Assembly (NCBI GenBank): GCA_026625185.1
Contig: CP113000.1
Location: 2,652,651-2,684,650 of the forward strand
Reading direction: 5' to 3'
Source of the DNA: Thermodesulfobacteriota bacterium
GTDB taxonomy: Bacteria; Desulfobacterota; WTBG01; JAGOGO01
Length of the DNA stretch: 32,000 bases
The position numbers and the translations under genes were made by a program. Under the pieces are notes generated by a model. That model was not told the origin of the DNA. It searched no databases and saw only the letters and a program-made list of their open reading frames with translations. Of the stretch, positions 25,627-32,000 are shown in pieces (the stretch's first letter is position 1; each line of letters begins with the position of its first letter).

Positions 25627-26703
25627 ATGAAAGATATGACCTCCATTAACAATAATGATAATAACAAAGCAGGGATCCCATCTTTGACAGAACCTTCGAC
25701 ATTAGATGACTATGAGGTTATTGATGCGGAGGATGGTGAGGTTGAAGAAGGTCATGGAGAGGTGATTGAAGAAGGAGAAGAAGAACAAGAGAAAAAAACT
25801 TCTCTTGTTCTCTATGACCCGCTTCGGCGATATTTGCTGGAACTTCGGAAATATCCTTTGCTCACAAAAGAAGAAGAACAAAACTTAGCGTTGGCGTTCA
25901 AGGAAAAAGGAGACTTAAAAGCAGCCTATTTCTTGGTTGTTTCTAATTTGCGGCTGGTTGTTAAAATCGCAATGGAGTATCAGAAAAGCTGGGTTACTGA
26001 TTTAATGGATTTGATTCAAGAGGGTAACATTGGACTGATTCAGGCAGTTAAAAAGTTTGACCCGTTAAGAGGAATACGACTTTCTTATTATGCCTCATTT
26101 TGGATTAAGGCCTATATTTTAAAATACATTCTGGACAATTGGCGTTTGGTCAAAATTGGTACAACGCAAGCACAAAGGAGGCTTTTTTTTAATTTACAAA
26201 AAGAAAAAGCTCGATTAACCTCCCAGGGGTATAAACCTGATCCAAAATATTTAGCTGAGATACTGGAGGTACGAGAAAAAGATATTTTGGAAATGAATGA
26301 AAGGTTAGCCCTTCCAGAAAAATCATTAGATTCGCCTTCGGTTGAAGACTTTCGATATCCAATAAAAGACATTATTCCCATTGAAGAGGCCCCGATTGAT
26401 GAGAAATTATCTGACGAGGAAGCAAGAACGCTTTTTCAGAAAAAAATTAAAGAATTTAATGAAACTTTACAGGGAAAAGACCGATATATTTTTGAAAATC
26501 GGCTAATAAAAGAACAGCCGGAAACACTTCAGGAGATTGGTAAAAGGTACGGGATAACAAGAGAACGAGCCCGACAATTAGAAGCAAAACTGATTAAAAA
26601 ACTTAAGGACTTTCTCCAACAAGATGGTACTGATCTTAGTAGTTACCAATTAAATATATGGGGACGCTATGACAAACATATGGGGGATGTAAACAGGTCA
26701 TAA
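25627..26703 (+). CDS. rpoH: RNA polymerase sigma factor, RpoH (sigma-32) type, with an acidic N-terminal extension
   Basis: The RpoH box is WRLVKIGTTQAQRRLFFNLQKEK. Region 2 reads DLIQEGNIGLIQAVKKFDP and region 4.2 reads LQEIGKRYGITRERARQLEAKLIKKL. The ORF track starts at a TTG at 25624; the adjacent ATG at 25627 is preferred. About 60 N-terminal residues are Asp/Glu-rich. Confidence 0.85.
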   Translation: MKDMTSINNNDNNKAGIPSLTEPSTLDDYEVIDAEDGEVEEGHGEVIEEGEEEQEKKTSLVLYDPLRRYLLELRKYPLLTKEEEQNLALAFKEKGDLKAAYFLVVSNLRLVVKIAMEYQKSWVTDLMDLIQEGNIGLIQAVKKFDPLRGIRLSYYASFWIKAYILKYILDNWRLVKIGTTQAQRRLFFNLQKEKARLTSQGYKPDPKYLAEILEVREKDILEMNERLALPEKSLDSPSVEDFRYPIKDIIPIEEAPIDEKLSDEEARTLFQKKIKEFNETLQGKDRYIFENRLIKEQPETLQEIGKRYGITRERARQLEAKLIKKLKDFLQQDGTDLSSYQLNIWGRYDKHMGDVNRS

Positions 26704-26720
26704 TAATAAACAATGAAAAA

Positions 26721-26842
26721 TGACGGCTTCGTAAAAAGTCCCGCTTTGCGGCCGGGATAAAGAGCTGAAGCGCCCCTTGTAGCGCTCGGCGCGGGAAAGC
26801 TTTTTACGGTGCCGGCTGATTTTTGACTTTTTACGGCTTCAA
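26721..26842. repeat. GC-rich structured or repeat element in the rpoH-ybgC spacer
   Basis: cgtaaaaagtc (26730-26740) is complementary to gactttttacg (26825-26835). It is also complementary to ctttttacg (26800-26808), with adjacent cccgc (26740-26744) / gcggg (26791-26795). acggcttc is directly repeated at 26723-26730 and 26833-26840. An internal agcgc/gcgct hairpin lies near 26769-26786. The element is a local G+C spike in an AT-rich spacer. Confidence 0.4.
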
Positions 26843-26906
26843 CAAAAATAGTTTCATTAAAAATTTCACGATTCACTATATTTACATTTGAGAGGAATAA
26901 ATCAAA

Positions 26907-27311
26907 ATGGCTATGCTGGAGGTTAAGATCTATTATGAGGATACTGATTGTGGTGGCGTAGTTTATCATGCCAATTACCTACGGTATTTTGAAAGGGCAA
27001 GGACAGAATATTTTGCCGAGCAGGGTATCTCGATCCGTGACTATATGAAAAATGGTATTCTTTTTGTGGTGGTGAGAGCAGAAATTTCCTATGAATCCCC
27101 CGCGCAGTATGGTGACGTTTTGATAATTAATTCGGAGTTGGAGAAAGTACGGAGGGTTAGCATTGATTTCAAACACACCATTCGCAGAAAAGATGAGGAT
27201 GGTGTGCTCGTAAAGGCCAAAATACGGTTGGCCAGCCTTAATGGGGATGGGAAGTTAACCCCATTGCCTAAGGTTTTCTTAGAAGTACTCGGAGCAACGG
27301 ATGTGATATGA
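26907..27311 (+). CDS. ybgC: Acyl-CoA thioesterase, YbgC/4-hydroxybenzoyl-CoA thioesterase (hotdog) family
   Basis: 134 aa. The N-terminal signature is VKIYYEDTDCGGVVYHANYLRYFERARTEYF, with the catalytic Asp in the YEDTD context. Confidence 0.85.
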   Translation: MAMLEVKIYYEDTDCGGVVYHANYLRYFERARTEYFAEQGISIRDYMKNGILFVVVRAEISYESPAQYGDVLIINSELEKVRRVSIDFKHTIRRKDEDGVLVKAKIRLASLNGDGKLTPLPKVFLEVLGATDVI

Positions 27312-28024
27312 AAACAATTTGCGGCTTCCTCGTGATGGTGTTTGCATTCTTATTGTTGACGGTGCATGCGGGAGCGCAAGACACGGTTGCTGACACTAAG
27401 CTTACACCCTCTAAAACCAACCTCACGTCCGGCGAGCAGGAATATCTTCTCATCTTAGCGCGTAAGACTTTAACCAATTACCTCACCGGCAAGCCGATTC
27501 AGGAACTCGAAAAGGCAAAGCTTTCGCCCGCGCTTATTGAAAAGAGAGGATGTTTTGTTACGTTAGAAAAAAAGGGAAACTTAAGAGGATGCATCGGATA
27601 TATTCAACCAGAAAAGTCTTTGAGCGAATGTGTGATGGAAAATGCCGTGCATGCCGCAACCCAGGACCCTCGATTTCCGGAAGTAAATTTTGAGGAGCTA
27701 AATGCCATTACCATTGAAATCAGTGCCCTTACTGTTCCTGAGCCATTGGAAATAAAGAATCGAAAGACGCTTCTCCAGCTTCTGGTGCCGGGCAGGGATG
27801 GGGTGATCTTAAGCAACGGGGGGAAGAAGTCCACCTTTCTTCCTCAGGTGTGGGAACACTTTGTGGACAAAGAAAGTTTTCTTAATGCGCTGTGCGAAAA
27901 AGGAGGAATGTCCCGCGGATGCTGGGAAGAGGAGGATACGGAAATATTGACTTACCGCGCCGAGGTTTTTAAAGAGAAGACCCATGATGAGGCTATGAAG
28001 GATCCGAAAGGAAAAAATCATTAA
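27308..28024 (+). CDS. AMMECR1-domain protein with a predicted N-terminal signal peptide
   Basis: 238 aa. The N-terminus MKTICGFLVMVFAFLLLTVHAGAQD looks like a Sec signal. The AMMECR1 core reads RGCFVTLEKKGNLRGCIGYIQP...ATQDPRFPEV...LVPGRDGVIL...GGKKSTFLPQVW. Its ATG overlaps the ybgC stop (ATGA at 27308-27311). Confidence 0.8.
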   Translation: MKTICGFLVMVFAFLLLTVHAGAQDTVADTKLTPSKTNLTSGEQEYLLILARKTLTNYLTGKPIQELEKAKLSPALIEKRGCFVTLEKKGNLRGCIGYIQPEKSLSECVMENAVHAATQDPRFPEVNFEELNAITIEISALTVPEPLEIKNRKTLLQLLVPGRDGVILSNGGKKSTFLPQVWEHFVDKESFLNALCEKGGMSRGCWEEEDTEILTYRAEVFKEKTHDEAMKDPKGKNH

Positions 28025-28808
28025 GCTTTGTTAACGGGAGATACCTAATTTTTTGAGGCAGGGAAAGGATAAAAAGATTTTCAGCTAACCGTTTGTTAAT
28101 GACCGGAGAATCAAGGTTAATTTTAATAGTGGTCTTTTCTGACGGGAAAAAGGCGGTGATCACAGTAGGAAAAACATTCCCCACAAATCGTTTGTAATCT
28201 TGATAAAAAATTTCAGCTATTGTTTTCCCATTGCGCTGCACAGTTTTTCTTTCGATAAAAAGCGACCTTCTGTTAATCTTAAATTCATAATCAAGGTTTC
28301 CTTTTTTTGTTTTTAAGGTCTCATCGTCAAGCCATAAAGGTTCTCCCTCGTAGGTTTCTTCCATCCCGTGCATGATTTCTTGAAGAAAAAAGAAAAAATC
28401 GGGAATTCTGGGATTTATAATTTGGTGAGGCTCACCGGTATAAACAACAGCAGAAGAAGGCAGATAGACAGTTGCCTGATCAGGTTGATAGAGCACATCA
28501 AAGATAGTATTTCCAAAGGTCCCAAAAGATTGCAGCCGAAGCGCTTGCGTAGCTTTTCGATATAAAAGCGCGCCTTCGAAGGAATGCTTTTTTAACCTGC
28601 CTTCAAAGGGGTATTCAATCCGGGCTTTAAAATTTGATTTTAAAAAAACAACACCAGGAAAATTTTCTTTTATTGCTTTTAAGGTCTCTTCTGGTGATAA
28701 TTTTGTGGCACGCGGAGGGGGTATAATAGGACCGGGCCGGGGACAGGCGGAGAATAAAAACAACGACCCAACAACAATGACAAGACAATGAAACCTCTTA
28801 AAATTCAT
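27993..28808 (-). CDS. Putative outer-membrane lipoprotein, LolB/LolA-fold (DUF4292-like)
   Basis: 271 aa. The signal peptide plus lipobox is LFLFSA-C, followed by a Pro-rich linker. The length and pattern (ARIEY...GALLYRK...LRLQSFGTFGNTIFDVLY...ATVYLP) resemble LolB-like lipoproteins. The family call is tentative. The 3' end overlaps the AMMECR1 gene by 32 nt in a convergent arrangement. Confidence 0.5.
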   Translation of the reverse strand: MNFKRFHCLVIVVGSLFLFSACPRPGPIIPPPRATKLSPEETLKAIKENFPGVVFLKSNFKARIEYPFEGRLKKHSFEGALLYRKATQALRLQSFGTFGNTIFDVLYQPDQATVYLPSSAVVYTGEPHQIINPRIPDFFFFLQEIMHGMEETYEGEPLWLDDETLKTKKGNLDYEFKINRRSLFIERKTVQRNGKTIAEIFYQDYKRFVGNVFPTVITAFFPSEKTTIKINLDSPVINKRLAENLFILSLPQKIRYLPLTKLNDFFLSDPS

Positions 28809-28924
28809 GTAATACTGCTTTCCGTCGCCCAGTAATTTTACAGTTTTTTGTTTTACTTAATAGATAGTTACCTTATAGATGAAACACATCCGGACCGCAA
28901 GAAAAATTTTTTCATAAAAAGGAA

Positions 28925-29680
28925 ATGGCTATGAAACGCTTCCGATGGGAAATAATAATGGGCATTTCGTTACTGTTAGCATCAATCTTTTTTTATGTGA
29001 TTCATTATGTTATTTTTAGAAACCTTAACCATATCTTTCTCTATCTCATCGGGGATACTGCTTTTGTCTTCCTTCAGATACTTTTAGTAACGGTAATAAT
29101 CGAACAATTTCTGAATAGAAGAGAGAAACGAGCTCGGTTGAAAAAGCTGAGCATGGTTATTGGATCATTTTTTAGTGCTGCGGGGAATAAACTTTTGGCT
29201 TATTTTTCTGATTTTGATCCTCACTTAGATACCATAAGAAAAGAACTGGTGGTAACAAATGGCTGGTCTGACCAGGAATTTATAGCAGTCAGCAAGCGGC
29301 TCAAAGGCTATGATTATGGAGTTGAAATTAATAAAGTAAGATTAGAAGATTTACGGAGCTTCCTTTTGGGTAAGGTAAGTTTTTTATTGCGGCTTTTGGA
29401 AAACCCGACACTCCTTGAGCACGAATCCTTTACTGAACTTCTGCGGGCAGTGTTTCATTTAGCCGAAGAATTATCAGTGCGGGAAAAATTTGATGATTTA
29501 CCCCCAACGGACCATCAACATCTTGCCGGAGATATAAAAAGGGTTTACGTTTTATTGGTCGATCAATGGCTTGATTATATGAAATACCTGAAAGACAATT
29601 ATCCGTATCTTTTCTCTCTGTCGGTCCGGATGAACCCCTTTGACCAGAGCGCCTCTCCCATCATAAAAGAAGAATTGTGA
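28925..29680 (+). CDS. Hypothetical membrane protein (two N-terminal TM helices plus a ~170-aa soluble helical domain)
   Basis: 251 aa. It is a long ORF with an aaaagga RBS-like sequence upstream. Hydrophobic helices lie at about residues 10-30 and 37-60. I recognise no family. Confidence 0.5.
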   Translation: MAMKRFRWEIIMGISLLLASIFFYVIHYVIFRNLNHIFLYLIGDTAFVFLQILLVTVIIEQFLNRREKRARLKKLSMVIGSFFSAAGNKLLAYFSDFDPHLDTIRKELVVTNGWSDQEFIAVSKRLKGYDYGVEINKVRLEDLRSFLLGKVSFLLRLLENPTLLEHESFTELLRAVFHLAEELSVREKFDDLPPTDHQHLAGDIKRVYVLLVDQWLDYMKYLKDNYPYLFSLSVRMNPFDQSASPIIKEEL

Positions 29681-29715
29681 TAGTATCACTGCTGGCTGGC
29701 ATTGAAAAATAACGA

Positions 29716-30858
29716 TCAAAGATTTTTAAGGTACTGTTCAAGCCGATCCATGCCTTCGTGAATATTTTCTATAGAATTGGCATAGGAAAAACGGAGGTAT
29801 CCTTCAGCGTTATTACCAAAATCAATTCCCGGACTAACAGCTACCTGAGCTTTCTCGAGAATGTCAAAGGCAAATGCCCGAGAATCTTGGGTAAACTTTT
29901 TTGCATTGGCCAATACATAGAAAGCGCCCTGGGGCTCAAACGTCAAGCCAAAACCCAAGGCTTTTAAACGAGGAATGATAAATTTCCTCCTTTGATTAAA
30001 AATTGCCCGCATCTGCGCAACGTCTTTTTGGGCTTCAGTTATAGCGGCGATCCCCGCCCACTGAACAAAGGCATTAGCGCTGATAAAAAAATTTTGCTGT
30101 ATCTTCTGTATTGGCCGCACGAATTCTTTGGGGACAATCAGGTATCCTAAGCGCCATCCGGTCATGGCGTATTGCTTTGAAAATGACCCGACCACAAATG
30201 CCTTATCAGTGAATTCTATAATTGAATGCTCCGGCGAGTCATAAACCAGGCCATGATAAGTTTCATCCGCGATCAGGTAATATCCGAGGCCAGCTAAGGC
30301 GTTCATCGCTTCAGGCGAAAGGATACTTCCAGTTGGATTAGCCGGGGAATTTATAAGAATAGCTTTCGTACTCGGAGTCAGGTGGCGGGACACTTCTTCC
30401 GGTTGGTACCGGAAGCCATCTTCCTCATGGACATTGACAAAGTTTACCGTTCCTCCCAAAAATCGGATAATATTTGGATAACAAGCGTAGTAAGGATTGG
30501 TAAGGATGATCTCAGCACTGTTTTCCAGTATCGTGGAGAAAAGAAGAAAAAGAGCAGAAGAAGAACCAATTGTGATTATAATTTGATGCGGGCTGACTTC
30601 TTTTCCGTATTTTGTTGCGTAGTATCCTGCCAGAGCTTCCCGGAGTTCAAATAATCCCAGGCTATGGGTGTATTTGGTCTTTCCTTCTCGGATTGCTTTT
30701 ATGCAGGCATTTTTTATGCATTGCGGGGTTTCAAAATCAGGTTCACCCACTTCCAAATGGATTACTCTTTTCCCCGTTCTTTCCATCTCGTAAGCTTTTT
30801 CTAAAACATCCATCACCAGGAATGGAGGAATATCGAGAGATTTTTTGGAGATTTTCAA
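29716..30858 (-). CDS. Pyridoxal-phosphate-dependent aminotransferase, class I/II (AspC-like)
   Basis: 380 aa. The PLP-lysine motif is GSFSKQYAMTGWRLGY. Other typical segments are LINSPANPTG and DETYHGLVY. Substrate specificity is not determinable from sequence by eye. Confidence 0.88.
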   Translation of the reverse strand: MKISKKSLDIPPFLVMDVLEKAYEMERTGKRVIHLEVGEPDFETPQCIKNACIKAIREGKTKYTHSLGLFELREALAGYYATKYGKEVSPHQIIITIGSSSALFLLFSTILENSAEIILTNPYYACYPNIIRFLGGTVNFVNVHEEDGFRYQPEEVSRHLTPSTKAILINSPANPTGSILSPEAMNALAGLGYYLIADETYHGLVYDSPEHSIIEFTDKAFVVGSFSKQYAMTGWRLGYLIVPKEFVRPIQKIQQNFFISANAFVQWAGIAAITEAQKDVAQMRAIFNQRRKFIIPRLKALGFGLTFEPQGAFYVLANAKKFTQDSRAFAFDILEKAQVAVSPGIDFGNNAEGYLRFSYANSIENIHEGMDRLEQYLKNL

Positions 30859-31163
30859 ATGAAACCTCGTTTTTTATTTTTCACAATAAAGAAAGGAATC
30901 GTAATTTCGAATTTTTTTCTTATTATAACAAAGGTGAACTAAAAATCCATTTATTGATCAGTAAAAAGAATAAATGTCGGCATGAAAAAAATATTGGGCG
31001 GGATCCTATTTGGTGGTCGTTTAAATACGTCTCATGAGGTTAAATCTTTTGATTCAATAATTCCTTAATTGATTGAAAGCATTAAATTAAAATTTAAAAA
31101 AGAAGGTTTATTTTTTTAAATTAGAAAGCGTCATAGTTTTCATGCGATAATATAAGCTGTTTC

Positions 31164-31192
31164 TTGACTGAAAATCATTTTTTTTCTATAAT
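31164..31192 (+). promoter_or_regulatory. Near-consensus sigma70 promoter upstream of htrA
   Basis: TTGACT (31164-31169) is followed by an exactly 17-nt spacer and TATAAT (31187-31192), about 145 nt upstream of the htrA ATG. Confidence 0.5.
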
Positions 31193-31338
31193 TTTGATAA
31201 CAAATGGAAATTTAAAAATGCTCAATTCCTAAATGAGAGTAATTAGGGGGCGGTAAAATTTACTGGGGCGATTATTATTGTTACGGTTTATTGGTTTTTG
31301 CTTTTTAAGGTTAACTTTTTTGATGAAAGGAGTACGGA

Positions 31339-32000
31339 ATGAGAAATAGGTTACGAAAGATATCCCAACCGCTCGAATTAATTAAAACGGAATTTTTGCT
31401 TGGGCTGTGTTTATGTTTGGCAATTCTGATAATAATACCTCCGGCAACTAAAGGTTTTGCTTCAGAAAAAGATTTAGGTCTTAGTTCAGACCGTCCGTCT
31501 TTTGTTGAAATCGCCAAAAAAATTAACCCGGCAGTGGTAAATATCAGCACGGAAAAAATGGTAAAGGGATCTGATAACGTATTTCGTCATTATTTTGGGC
31601 CAGGGGGTCCGTCTCCCCGGGATTTTTTTGGTGATGATTTTTTTGATCGTTTTTTCGGAGAACAACCTGAAAAAGAGCATAAGGAAAAAAGTCTCGGTTC
31701 CGGATTCATTATCAGTAGAGATGGCTATATCTTAACAAACAATCATGTGGTAGAAGGGGCCGACAAAATAAAAATTCGTCTTGGAAATGAAAAGGAATAC
31801 GTGGGTAAGATTATTGGAAAAGACGAAAAAACTGATGTGGCCGTGATTAAAGTGGATACCAAGGAGAACCTTCCTTTTGTGACTTTAGGAGACTCTGATT
31901 TGTTGGAAGTCGGGGAATGGGTTATGGCTATCGGTAACCCATTTGGCTTAGAACACACGGTGACCGTAGGAGTGGTTAGTGCAAAAGGCCGAGTCATCGG
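31339..32000 (+). CDS. htrA: Periplasmic serine endoprotease HtrA/DegP/DegQ family, 3'-truncated by the window edge
   Basis: This ORF is absent from the ORF track because it has no stop in the window. RBS aaaggag lies 6 nt before the ATG at 31339. The translation is [10 protein letters not shown]...[18 protein letters not shown]...[29 protein letters not shown]...DVAVIKVD...[36 protein letters not shown]. The catalytic His (TNNHV) and Asp (TDVAVIK) contexts are present. The Ser and the PDZ domains lie beyond the window. Confidence 0.9.
   Translation, partial: MRNRLRKISQPLELIKTEFLLGLCLCLAILIIIPPATKGFASEKDLGLSSDRPSFVEIAKKINPAVVNISTEKMVKGSDNVFRHYFGPGGPSPRDFFGDDFFDRFFGEQPEKEHKEKSLGSGFIISRDGYILTNNHVVEGADKIKIRLGNEKEYVGKIIGKDEKTDVAVIKVDTKENLPFVTLGDSDLLEVGEWVMAIGNPFGLEHTVTVGVVSAKGRVI

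Noticed and set aside
30612-31037. A 141-aa plus-strand ORF running from inside the aminotransferase gene (antisense) into the AT-rich spacer.
   Set aside because: Its first half is antisense to a strongly supported PLP aminotransferase gene. It has no RBS, and its composition is typical of random AT-rich translation.
31311-31997. Minus-strand ORFs (79, 64 and 84 aa) at the right end of the window.
   Set aside because: All are antisense to the open plus-strand frame encoding a clear HtrA/DegP protease that runs off the window. That frame is absent from the ORF track only because it has no stop codon in the window.
1-32000. A search for CRISPR arrays, tRNA/rRNA genes, integrases, toxin-antitoxin pairs or a reverse transcriptase that would flag a defence island or prophage.
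   Set aside because: I found no regularly spaced direct repeats, no cloverleaf-like conserved tRNA arms in the spacers, and no ORF with integrase, RT or TA hallmarks. This was inspection by eye only, so small ncRNAs could have been missed.

Overview
This is a 32-kb chromosomal window from an AT-rich diderm bacterium. G+C is roughly 40% by eye. The lineage is not identifiable from sequence alone. Most of the window is core metabolism and cell-envelope genes, with several small accessory or decayed insertions. From left to right:
- The 3' 979 codons of an RND efflux permease.
- A nested-palindrome REP-like element.
- A DUF2892 membrane peptide.
- A low-GC SIR2-superfamily gene broken by a single in-frame TAA.
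- A PDH-type operon (E1alpha, an embedded OsmC-family thiol peroxidase, E1beta, E2), followed by lipA, lipB and coaE. No E3 lies in the window.
- On the minus strand, a complete tolQ-tolR-tolA-tolB-pal-cpoB cluster. Downstream of it are a compositionally foreign (high-GC) YcbB/LdtD-like L,D-transpeptidase, an IS5-family transposase stub and a 61-codon pal-derived mini-lipoprotein (pal').
- Divergent from tolQ, an active-site-intact M23 peptidase plus a bactofilin.
- An orphan cheD, cheY and truncated cheX-like trio.
- A CrtI-like flavoprotein, a putative beta-barrel OMP and a second IS5 stub.
- icd, and an rpoH-type sigma factor with an acidic N-terminal extension.
- A GC-rich structured spacer.
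- A ybgC-type thioesterase translationally coupled to a signal-peptide-bearing AMMECR1 protein.
- A LolB-like lipoprotein, an uncharacterised membrane protein, a class-I aminotransferase and the 5' part of htrA/degP.

I saw no rRNA, tRNA or CRISPR array. I do not see a clear, complete novel multi-gene system. The best leads are the pal' / L,D-transpeptidase / IS-stub patch, the interrupted SIR2-like gene, the OsmC gene inside the PDH operon, and the exported AMMECR1 coupled to YbgC.
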